DNA from: a virus
Reading direction: 5' to 3' (one strand)
Length of the DNA stretch: 39,729 nt
IMG/VR virus record: IMGVR_UViG_3300028831_000290
Coordinates: 1-39,729 of that record
Position 1 is the first letter of the stretch. Every line of letters starts with the position of its first letter. Shown piece by piece: positions 1-6,831 of this stretch. The position numbers were made by a program, and so were the translations under genes. A model generated the notes under the pieces. It was not told the origin of the DNA and did no database searches. It saw only the letters and a list, made by a program, of their open reading frames with translations.

Positions 1-141
1 ACAACACCATCACCCTGTACGGCACGTTCACCGCAGTGAGTACCGGCACCCACAACGTCGGCGTGATCGGCTGGAAGCCCACTGGCAACACCGGGTCCTC
101 GCAGATTCGGGCCAACGCGTCCGGCTGGGCGGCCAACCGTA
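1..141. repeat. Terminal direct repeat copy 1, identical to 39589..39729 (circular-assembly overlap)
   Basis: Base-by-base comparison of both window ends gives 141/141 identical. The offset 39588 is divisible by 3, and the repeat lies inside one continuous reading frame. Confidence 0.95.
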
Positions 142-164
142 TCACCGTGAAGCGTGTGGGGTAG
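1..164 (+). CDS. 3' end of the minor tail protein gene that starts at 38604 (partial, wraps around the circle)
   Basis: Same frame as the 38604 ORF once the 39588 offset is applied. It reads ...GWAANRITVKRVG and ends at TAG 162..164. Confidence 0.85.
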   Translation, partial: NTITLYGTFTAVSTGTHNVGVIGWKPTGNTGSSQIRANASGWAANRITVKRVG

Positions 165-168
165 GGCC

Positions 169-1317
169 ATGCCCGAATACACCGCGGTCGTCTACCAGAC
201 CACCACCGGCCGTGTGCTCTACGACATCGACCTCACCGAGGACCCCACGTGGTCGGCGGTGCTCAACGGCGTCGGCACCTGGCAGGTCACCACGCCGCTC
301 GAAGACGCGGCCGACCGAGCGCGCTGCCGGGAGTGGGCCGAGCGGTGGTTCTGCTCGGTGGCGGTGCTCTGGGATGGCCAGGTGTGCCAGGCCGGGCCGA
401 TCACCGAGAACCCCGACGTGTCCACATCGGACGGGCTGCCTACGCTGGTGGTGACGGGCAAAGGTTTCTGGGAGAACCTGAACCAGCGGCTTTGCCACAG
501 CCGAACCTGGAACCCGGGTAGCGCCCGGATAACCAGCAGCGCGGCAGACCTCACGATCAACGACAGCTTGCCGAACATCGCCCGGGAGCTGATGTTCCAA
601 GCCACCAACATGACCGTCCGGCAAGGGTCGGCGTTGCCGCTCGACCTGCCGACCGCCGTGGCGTCGGATGCGAACACCCGCACGTACCGAGGCTACGAGA
701 TGGCGACGTTCGGCCAGCGGCTGCAGGAGCTGACACAGGTCGACGGCGGCCCGGATATCTACTTCCAGGGCTACCTGACGATGGTCTCCGGCGTGCGCTA
801 CGTCCGGCATCGCGCGCTCATCGGAGCGCCGTACCTCGCCCAGGGCGGCAACCCGCTGCTGTTCGACCTCGGCAGCTCGATGGCCGGTCTTGAGGTGCAG
901 GGCGACAACTCGCCACTCATTACGTCGGCGTTCGTCAAGGGCACCGGCAACGAGGCGGGCCAGCTCTACGGCTACGCCACCTCAGCCGGGCTCATCGGTA
1001 ACGGCTGGCCGATGCTCGACTACGTGGATTCCAGCCACGGGTCCGCGCAGGTTCAGTCCACACTGGACAGCTGGGCACTGGCGGATGTGGCCCAGTTCGG
1101 CCGGAAGCTGGAGCAGTGGAAGCCCCGCATCATGCTGAGTTCGGAGCCGAAGATCGGCACCTACATCCCCGGTCACTTCGGCACTTACGTGATCAATGAC
1201 CACCCATGGGTGCCGGACGGCAGCTTCACCGCGCGTATCCTGGGGTACTCGTCGGCAGGTTCGCAGGACGACCAACCGGCCATGATCGAGCACCAGATCG
1301 AGTCGGTGCCCACTTAG
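169..1317 (+). CDS. Minor tail protein, possibly Tal/baseplate-hub-like (382 aa)
   Basis: ATG 169 (MPEYTAVVYQ) follows the upstream stop by 5 nt. It lies in the tail module downstream of tape measure and Dit, with G/C-rich third positions. No catalytic motif recognised. Confidence 0.7.
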   Translation: MPEYTAVVYQTTTGRVLYDIDLTEDPTWSAVLNGVGTWQVTTPLEDAADRARCREWAERWFCSVAVLWDGQVCQAGPITENPDVSTSDGLPTLVVTGKGFWENLNQRLCHSRTWNPGSARITSSAADLTINDSLPNIARELMFQATNMTVRQGSALPLDLPTAVASDANTRTYRGYEMATFGQRLQELTQVDGGPDIYFQGYLTMVSGVRYVRHRALIGAPYLAQGGNPLLFDLGSSMAGLEVQGDNSPLITSAFVKGTGNEAGQLYGYATSAGLIGNGWPMLDYVDSSHGSAQVQSTLDSWALADVAQFGRKLEQWKPRIMLSSEPKIGTYIPGHFGTYVINDHPWVPDGSFTARILGYSSAGSQDDQPAMIEHQIESVPT

Positions 1318-1325
1318 GAGAGACG

Positions 1326-2102
1326 ATGGTCGCCAACGCCGAGCCTCAGCGCACTGACAGCTACGACGCGCTCGTGCAGCGCATTGCCGCGCTGGAACGT
1401 GCCCTGGACGAGAGCAGCCGGGCCTCGCGCTTTCCCTTTGTCATCAGCCACGGTGGCGGAGTGTCCGATTTCCAGATCATCCCATCGACATCCGGGGACG
1501 GCTCGGCGGACATCCTGATCGGGGATGGTGCCGGTGGCAAGCTGATGCAGATCACCACGGATGCCGTATACGGCACGAAGATCCTCCGGTTCCTGGACCA
1601 GGCCGGCAACACCATGATGAGCACCGACGCGGCGGCCGGGTTCGGGTGGGGCACTCCGTCCTACCCGTTTGTCTACGAAGGACGGACCTGGAACCAGACA
1701 CTTGCGGGTGCCACGAGCCAAGCAACCGCCGTAGAGATCGGGCGCGGGCTCAACTACGTCTACAACCCCGCAACGTTCATCAACCCGATTGTCCGCATTA
1801 CCTCAATTACGGCGGAAACCGTTAAGGTGTTTGCTCAATGGAAGGACGCGCAGGGAAACATCAACAATACTGCCGATGCCACGTTGATCGTCACCGCCGG
1901 TGGTGTCAACGTCGATGCGAACAGCTGTAATTTCGGCAAACTCTGGCAAGCGGATGATATGAACGCGAATTGCGCGGTGTTCGTCAAGGCGTACGTCGTT
2001 GGCGGAACGCCAGGAAACGTGAATATCCAGATGACCTATGGTCAGGGGTTCGGCGTGAGCCAGGGATATTACCAGCAGTTCTCACCAAACTGGGCCGTGT
2101 GA
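1326..2102 (+). CDS. Minor tail protein with a low-GC C-terminal module, a candidate receptor-binding protein (258 aa)
   Basis: ATG 1326 is preceded by GGAGAGACG. An N-terminal coiled-coil-like segment (YDALVQRIAALERALDE) is followed by a Gly-rich region. The last ~120 codons are visibly AT-richer. Confidence 0.7.
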   Translation: MVANAEPQRTDSYDALVQRIAALERALDESSRASRFPFVISHGGGVSDFQIIPSTSGDGSADILIGDGAGGKLMQITTDAVYGTKILRFLDQAGNTMMSTDAAAGFGWGTPSYPFVYEGRTWNQTLAGATSQATAVEIGRGLNYVYNPATFINPIVRITSITAETVKVFAQWKDAQGNINNTADATLIVTAGGVNVDANSCNFGKLWQADDMNANCAVFVKAYVVGGTPGNVNIQMTYGQGFGVSQGYYQQFSPNWAV

Positions 2103-2104
2103 TC

Positions 2105-2110
2105 TACACT
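2105..2110 (+). promoter_or_regulatory. -10-like hexamer TACACT upstream of the lysis-region genes
   Basis: Intergenic, 22 nt upstream of ATG 2132. Same hexamer as at 2883 and 15699. No convincing -35. Confidence 0.3.
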
Positions 2111-2131
2111 ACCAATCATGAAAGGTACGCC

Positions 2132-2545
2132 ATGACCACCCCCTACCGGTCCCCGTTCGAGGTGATGATGGTCGGAGCCTTCGGCCTGTACGCCCTCATC
2201 GCGCTGCTCGCCTTCGACAAGGTGGCCACCAACACGCTGCGGGAGCTGCCGTTCCCGTCGGCTCACCTCTTTCTCGCGCTCGCCACCTTGTCATGCGTCG
2301 TCGTGCTGGCCGGCATCAGCGGTGCCACCACCGCATGGGGCGTGCTCATCGAGCGCGTGGGACTGGTCATGCTGTCCGGGCTGTGCACGGCCTACGCGAT
2401 CTGGTCGTGGACCAACACCGGCATCCGCGCGCTGGGGTTCGCCGTGATGATGCTGGCCATCGCTGGAGCGTCGCTGTGGCGCAGCTGGCAGATCACCCGC
2501 GGAGTCGGGGCCGCCAGAAAAGCGGCCAGAGAGGCAGGTGCCTGA
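2132..2545 (+). CDS. Integral membrane protein with about 4 TM segments (137 aa), holin-like or lysis-associated
   Basis: ATG 2132 follows GAAAGG. Four hydrophobic stretches (VMMVGAFGLYALIALLAF, LFLALATLSCVVVLAGI, VGLVMLSGLCTAYAIW, LGFAVMMLAIAGASLW). Confidence 0.7.
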   Translation: MTTPYRSPFEVMMVGAFGLYALIALLAFDKVATNTLRELPFPSAHLFLALATLSCVVVLAGISGATTAWGVLIERVGLVMLSGLCTAYAIWSWTNTGIRALGFAVMMLAIAGASLWRSWQITRGVGAARKAAREAGA

Positions 2546-2880
2546 TGGAGTGGGGATGGCTGGGCGGCGCCGCGGCTGTGCTGACCGCGTTCGGAACGGC
2601 ACTCACGCTGTTCATCCGGGCACGGCCGGAAGCCAGAAAGATCAAGGCCGATGGCACCGTCGCGCTGCTGAACGCCACCACGGCCACCTCCGCCGAGCAG
2701 GCCGACCAGATCCAGGAGCTGTTCGCCGAGACGCGCAAGCTGTGGAACCGGCAGCGCCGGACCGAGCAGTTGATCGACCGACACATCTCCTGGGATCGTC
2801 GGGTGGCCAACACCGTGCGCGACCTGGGCGGAACCATCGAAGACCCCCCGCCGCTCGCCCTTCCGGAATCGGATGGGTGA
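2545..2880 (+). CDS. N-terminally membrane-anchored protein (111 aa)
   Basis: ATG 2545 shares its A with the upstream stop TGA 2543..2545 (TGATG). One TM (WGWLGGAAAVLTAFGTALTLFI) is followed by a charged helical region. Confidence 0.65.
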   Translation: MEWGWLGGAAAVLTAFGTALTLFIRARPEARKIKADGTVALLNATTATSAEQADQIQELFAETRKLWNRQRRTEQLIDRHISWDRRVANTVRDLGGTIEDPPPLALPESDG

Positions 2881-2882
2881 CG

Positions 2883-2888
2883 TACACT
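2883..2888 (+). promoter_or_regulatory. -10-like hexamer TACACT within a GTACACT-N3-GTGCAC motif upstream of the endolysin
   Basis: Intergenic 2881..2928. The motif resembles GTACACT-aga-GTGCAG at 4581..4596. No convincing -35. Confidence 0.3.
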
Positions 2889-2928
2889 GAGGTGCACCCG
2901 CGTACATAGCTGATCACCCGGAGGTCGC

Positions 2929-3588
2929 ATGGCCTGGTACATCGCGAAGAGCCTGGAGACGCTACGTCACCAGCTGAACACGATCGCTCCGAATCGCTCG
3001 ACGAAGTCCGACGGCGGGATCGGTGACGCCGCACACTCGGCCCGGCTGAGCGACCACAACCCCACCTCATCCGGGCAGGTGTGCGCCCGCGACTTCACCA
3101 ACGACCCGGCTGGCGGGTGCGGCGGGCAATGGCTGGCTGACGCGCTCGTGCGGTCCCGGGACCCGCGGATCAAGTACATCATCTGGAACCATCGGATCAT
3201 CGACTCCCGCGCGGGCAGCCGACCGTGGCAATGGGTGCCGTACTCCGGTGAGAACGCGCATGAACACCACGTCCACGTGTCGGTGTTCGCCGGCGCGCTG
3301 GGCGACGACACCCGCCCGTGGAGCTTGGGCACAGCAGGAAAGGCCGACAACGACATGACCCCTCAGGAATTTCTCGACACCCGGGTCACCTGGTGGGACG
3401 GCAAATCCGCACCGGTGAAGGACATCCTCGCGGAGGTGTACCTCGCCTCGAAGGGGCTGCGGGGGGCGCCGGCGTTCGACAAGCAGCCGCCGGTCGCGCT
3501 GCCCGCGCTGGCCATGATGCAGTCCAAGCTCGACGCGCTCACCGCCCAGGTGGCCGCGCTGACGAAGGCGTTGGAGGCGAAGTCGTGA
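2929..3588 (+). CDS. Endolysin, LAS-type zinc metallopeptidase fold (219 aa)
   Basis: SD GGAGG precedes ATG 2929. It has the H-x5-D motif (HSARLSD) and downstream H-x-H (HEHHVHV) typical of LAS/M15-like peptidoglycan peptidases. It sits next to the holin. Confidence 0.65.
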   Translation: MAWYIAKSLETLRHQLNTIAPNRSTKSDGGIGDAAHSARLSDHNPTSSGQVCARDFTNDPAGGCGGQWLADALVRSRDPRIKYIIWNHRIIDSRAGSRPWQWVPYSGENAHEHHVHVSVFAGALGDDTRPWSLGTAGKADNDMTPQEFLDTRVTWWDGKSAPVKDILAEVYLASKGLRGAPAFDKQPPVALPALAMMQSKLDALTAQVAALTKALEAKS

Positions 3589-3860
3589 GCCCCGTCGAGT
3601 GGGGCGGCGATCGGCCCGACGACTTCGACACACTGGGCAACCCGCCCGCTCAGCCGCCCGTCCCCGCGTCCGGCTGGCCAACCCGGCTCGCGGGCTACGC
3701 CAAGCTGATCGCCACCGCCATTACGACGCTGGGCACCACGGGTGTGCTGCAGTGGCTCCAGTCGGCCGGTGTGACGTCGCTGCCCGCGTGGGCGGTTGCC
3801 GGTATCACCGCGGTCGTCGGACTGCTCACCGTGCTGTTCAGCCCCCGCAACAAGCTCTGA
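3585..3860 (+). CDS. Holin-like protein with 2 TM segments (91 aa)
   Basis: GTG 3585 overlaps the endolysin stop (GTGA). Two TM segments (LIATAITTLGTTGVLQWL, AWAVAGITAVVGLLTVLF). Confidence 0.65.
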   Translation: MSPVEWGGDRPDDFDTLGNPPAQPPVPASGWPTRLAGYAKLIATAITTLGTTGVLQWLQSAGVTSLPAWAVAGITAVVGLLTVLFSPRNKL

Positions 3861-3877
3861 CCGGGTAAGGTGACCGC

Positions 3878-4150
3878 GTGCGAATTCTTCGCCTACTCCG
3901 CCAGCTGGCTCAGGCGCCGGCGCGGATCGATCGATTGGAGCAGCAGATGACCCGTGTCGACGACGTCATTTCCGACCTGAACGACGCCACCGACGAGATC
4001 GCCAACGACCTCGAATCTCTGCGCGAGCAGGTCTCCGGCCTGGACGCGACGACCGCCGAGAAGTTCACGCCTCTCGTCGAGCGGCTGCGCGCGCTGGGCG
4101 CGGACCCGCAGAACCCGGTGCCCCCGGCCGACGGCGGTACCACCGTCTGA
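3878..4150 (+). CDS. Coiled-coil protein (90 aa), last gene of the late block
   Basis: GTG 3878 follows AAGGTGA. Heptad-like sequence (IDRLEQQMTRVDDVISDLNDATDEIANDLESLREQV). Followed by a terminator. Confidence 0.6.
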   Translation: MRILRLLRQLAQAPARIDRLEQQMTRVDDVISDLNDATDEIANDLESLREQVSGLDATTAEKFTPLVERLRALGADPQNPVPPADGGTTV

Positions 4151-4164
4151 TCCCCGCGGTACTG

Positions 4165-4205
4165 CGAAGGGCCCCTCCCGGCTACCAACTGGGAGGGGCC
4201 CTTCG
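4165..4205. terminator. Bidirectional intrinsic terminator between convergent blocks
   Basis: Perfect 15-bp stem CGAAGGGCCCCTCCC / GGGAGGGGCCCTTCG with an 11-nt loop. It lies between + stop 4150 and - stop 4215. Confidence 0.8.
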
Positions 4206-4214
4206 TCATGCTGT

Positions 4215-4337
4215 TCAGTGTCCGTGGCCGTCGTGGCGCTTGCTCACGTGGTACGGGCACGAGGGCTCGAAGCAGTTGCCTTCCGAGTTGGCCGCGTGGC
4301 CGTTGGGGCACTGCTCGCCGATCGGCTTTTTGCTCAA
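4215..4337 (-). CDS. Cys/His-rich mini-protein, TTG start (40 aa)
   Basis: Minus strand GAAAGGA-N9-TTG. Sequence LSKKPIGEQCPNGHAANSEGNCFEPSCPYHVSKRHDGHGH. About 36 of 40 third positions are G/C. The start codon is uncertain. Confidence 0.45.
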   Translation of the reverse strand: MSKKPIGEQCPNGHAANSEGNCFEPSCPYHVSKRHDGHGH

Positions 4338-4372
4338 CCGAATCAGTCCTTTCTCGATGGTTTGCCGGGAGT

Positions 4373-4546
4373 TTACCGCTGGCCGGAACCGCTGCACGTG
4401 GGGCAGCTGCCGGAGCCCGAACACCACGGGCAGTTGATCCATTTTGTCTTGTTCGGGTCCCCGCTGGAGTGGGTGACCGCAGTTTGTCCCGAACCGCCGC
4501 ATGTGCGGCAGGAGCCGGAACCGTTGCACGTCTTGCAGGATGCCAT
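4373..4546 (-). CDS. DnaJ-type zinc-finger mini-protein with four CXXCXGXG repeats (57 aa)
   Basis: Not in the ORF track (<60 aa). GGAGGGACG precedes ATG 4546. Sequence MASCKTCNGSGSCRTCGGSGQTAVTHSSGDPNKTKWINCPWCSGSGSCPTCSGSGQR, ending at TAA 4373..4375. Confidence 0.75.
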   Translation of the reverse strand: MASCKTCNGSGSCRTCGGSGQTAVTHSSGDPNKTKWINCPWCSGSGSCPTCSGSGQR

Positions 4547-4577
4547 CGTCCCTCCGTGGTTCTTGGTGGTGTCTACT

Positions 4578-4606
4578 ACTGTACACTAGAGTGCAGTAGG
4601 ACGCAA
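4578..4606 (-). promoter_or_regulatory. Sigma-70-type promoter TTGCGT-17-TACAGT driving the terminal Cys-rich mini-operon
   Basis: On the minus strand the -35 is the reverse complement of 4601..4606 and the -10 is the reverse complement of 4578..4583. It sits in the 62-nt gap between the GT2 stop and ATG 4546, within a 25-nt motif shared with 8594..8618. Confidence 0.5.
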
Positions 4607-4608
4607 CC

Positions 4609-5241
4609 TCACCACCGGCTCGGCATCCCGCTCGTGTTGCTCTCGTGGTGCCACCAGTCCCACGTCACCTTCTCCACGTGCCGCATCACCGCGCCGGCGG
4701 CCCGGCACCGTAGCGTGAATTCGTGGTCCTCACCGCGGCGCTGGCCGTCGATGAGCTCGCCGGTGTCGTTGAACTGCTCGAAGCCTCCGGCCGCCCATGC
4801 CAGTTCAGTGCGCACCAGCGTGGTGATGGTGGTCTGGCACGGATCTTCATCGCTCCACTGGGAGAACGCCTTCTCGCCGAGGAACTGCGGGCCCTGGAAG
4901 ATCCGGCCATCAGGAAACCTGATCTGGAAGCGCGACCACACGTAGTCAGCCCGGTGCTCGACCGCCGCGCTGTAGAGCTCGACGAGGTGGCCCAGGTGCA
5001 TCGCGTCGTCGTCGTCCAGGAACGCCGTCCACTCGGTCTCCACGGCCAGCAGGCCACGGTGCCGGGTGCGTGCGGCGCCCTGGTGGCCGTGATCGACGAC
5101 CGTCACGATGCTCACCGGCACCTTATCGCCGAAGTGAACTTCCATCGCCGATGCCGCACCGCGAACGCTATGCAGTGCACGTTCCAGCATAGCGGCGCGA
5201 GGCGGGATGGTCGGAATGACGACCGTGATGCCGGGCAGCAT
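4609..5241 (-). CDS. GT2-family (GT-A fold) glycosyltransferase (210 aa)
   Basis: ATG 5241 overlaps the upstream stop (TGATG). Motifs ITVVIPTIPPR, FLDDDD (DxD) and GEDHEF. The ORF-track 256-aa version has a spurious N-terminal extension. Confidence 0.8.
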   Translation of the reverse strand: MLPGITVVIPTIPPRAAMLERALHSVRGAASAMEVHFGDKVPVSIVTVVDHGHQGAARTRHRGLLAVETEWTAFLDDDDAMHLGHLVELYSAAVEHRADYVWSRFQIRFPDGRIFQGPQFLGEKAFSQWSDEDPCQTTITTLVRTELAWAAGGFEQFNDTGELIDGQRRGEDHEFTLRCRAAGAVMRHVEKVTWDWWHHESNTSGMPSRW

Positions 5242-5393
5242 CAGCTCTTCACCGTTCCCCAGCCGTTGCAGCGGTTGCACGTCTCCCACTGCGTGCCGCC
5301 CTGACACACTTTGCAGCCCTTGCCGTTGCACGTTCGGCATGTGATGGTGAAGCCGCCCGCTCCGCAGCAGACCGGACACGTGACGTCAGCCAT
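5241..5393 (-). CDS. DnaJ-type zinc-finger mini-protein with four CXXC(X)GXG-like repeats (50 aa)
   Basis: Not in the ORF track. ATG 5393 shares its A with the upstream TAA (TAATG). Sequence MADVTCPVCCGAGGFTITCRTCNGKGCKVCQGGTQWETCNRCNGWGTVKS. Its TGA overlaps the next ATG. Confidence 0.75.
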   Translation of the reverse strand: MADVTCPVCCGAGGFTITCRTCNGKGCKVCQGGTQWETCNRCNGWGTVKS

Positions 5394-6106
5394 TACCAGC
5401 CCCTTTCGGTTGTGATCTTACTGAACAGTTCGAGGTTTGCACCCCGCAGGTCCCGATTGGACGGAACGAACAGCTCGCGCAGCGGCAGCCCGCTCGGACC
5501 CATCGAACCGCCCGGCACGCTGTGGTGCAGCCGGGACAGGAACTCGGTGTCCTCGTAGCCCCAGCCGGCGAAGCGTTCGTCCATCCCGCCAGCGGCCACC
5601 CATGCGGCGCGGGTGATGGCGAGCACGCCGGGGCATGGCGCGGAGTGTCGGTGCCAGTTCGCGCTGTCTTCAAACAGGTTACCGCCTCCGTTACCTACAA
5701 ACGGATTATTGATGATCAGGTGCGTCGCCGCTTCGCTGGCGTAGAGCACGTGGTCGTGCAGCCGCACCCACGGGTGGCGCTTGATCTGCTCGGTGGCCCA
5801 GCGCACGACGGCCGGGTCCGGCACGTGGTCGGCGCCGAACATCAGGAAAACGTAGCCGTGAGCGTGCTGGGCCGCGTCGTTGAGTGCACGGGACACGCTG
5901 AACGGTCGCGGCTCGACGCAGTTGTGAATCTCGCGCATCTCGCAGTGCGGCACGAACAGCGGGTCCACGCCCACGATCACCTCGTCAACGAGGCCCGTCA
6001 CGCGCAGCTGATCCCAGCGCCGGGCGTTGTAGCGCCACACCTTCGCCCGTTGTTTGCCGGCCGGGCTGTCGTCGGCGCCGAACGGCACCAGAACACTGAT
6101 CTTCAT
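5393..6106 (-). CDS. GT-A fold glycosyltransferase, GT2/galactosyltransferase-like (237 aa)
   Basis: ATG 6106 (MKISVLVPFG) overlaps the methyltransferase stop (ATGA) and follows GGAGAG. Contains GWGYEDTEF, which resembles the GWGGEDDD motif of the Glyco_transf_7C type. Confidence 0.7.
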   Translation of the reverse strand: MKISVLVPFGADDSPAGKQRAKVWRYNARRWDQLRVTGLVDEVIVGVDPLFVPHCEMREIHNCVEPRPFSVSRALNDAAQHAHGYVFLMFGADHVPDPAVVRWATEQIKRHPWVRLHDHVLYASEAATHLIINNPFVGNGGGNLFEDSANWHRHSAPCPGVLAITRAAWVAAGGMDERFAGWGYEDTEFLSRLHHSVPGGSMGPSGLPLRELFVPSNRDLRGANLELFSKITTERGW

Positions 6107-6831
6107 GCGGCACTCTCCAGTCCTAAGTAGAGCATGGCCTGACGGCCGAGGTACTCGCCATACGCGGGCGGGATGCACTCGCGGACCCCATCGCGGTTCA
6201 TCCATCCCACGCCGAGATCTTCACGGGCGAGCGCGACACCGTGAAAGTTGCCGATGTACTGCCGCAGCTCGCCGTCCCGGAACGGGCGGCCCATCTTCGT
6301 CTTCGGCATGTCGGTGTGGTCTTCACGGCCGAGCGGCCCCACGGGGTGCAGCGGGGGTTCGACGGGAAAGTTCATTTCGAAGTAGCGGTGCCGGTCCGTC
6401 TTCAGGCCGAACATCAGCCCGCACAGCCGCACGTCCGGGCGGAGGTTGCCCCTCCGCACTGCGCCCCCCACGTTCTCAATCCAGTACGGCAAGCCGCTCG
6501 CCTCGACAAGCTCGCGGAATGGGCCGATCAGCTGCGGGTGATCCCTGCCCTGGATCACCTGCGCATCACTGTCGGCCTGGCACGGTGGTGAACCGACGGC
6601 GAGCGCGGGCCGGTACTGGGCGATGAGCCCAGGCAGCATCTCCAGCACGTCGCCCTCTATCGACTCGAAAGGGTATCGGGCCCGGTGTCGTGGATCCTGC
6701 TCGATCCCGATCACTCGGAAGCCAGCGCGGACTAAGCCCGCGGATGCTCCGCCTTGGCAGCAGAACGCGTCGATCGCCACCGGCCGCCGGAGGTATGCGG
6801 GTGTGCCCACTAAGGGGTGCCAGACCTTCAT
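6103..6831 (-). CDS. DNA (cytosine-5) methyltransferase (242 aa)
   Basis: Motif I FCCQGGASAG, motif IV GSPPCQ and motif VI WIENV. ATG 6831 shares its A with the upstream TGA. Confidence 0.85.
   Translation of the reverse strand: MKVWHPLVGTPAYLRRPVAIDAFCCQGGASAGLVRAGFRVIGIEQDPRHRARYPFESIEGDVLEMLPGLIAQYRPALAVGSPPCQADSDAQVIQGRDHPQLIGPFRELVEASGLPYWIENVGGAVRRGNLRPDVRLCGLMFGLKTDRHRYFEMNFPVEPPLHPVGPLGREDHTDMPKTKMGRPFRDGELRQYIGNFHGVALAREDLGVGWMNRDGVRECIPPAYGEYLGRQAMLYLGLESAA

Noticed and set aside
1-141. End repeats as prophage att sites, LTRs or genuine direct terminal repeats
   Set aside because: The repeat is internal to a tail-protein ORF that is reconstituted in frame on circularisation. No integrase is present. 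An assembly overlap is the simplest explanation.
4208-4945. + strand ORFs (245 and 123 aa) and the 123-aa minus ORF 4215..4586
   Set aside because: The + ORFs cross the terminator-proximal region antisense to genes with strong SD sites and Cys-repeat logic. The long minus ORF is a fusion artefact. Only its last 40 codons (from TTG 4337) show coding bias, and its 5' part overlaps the zinc-finger gene out of frame.
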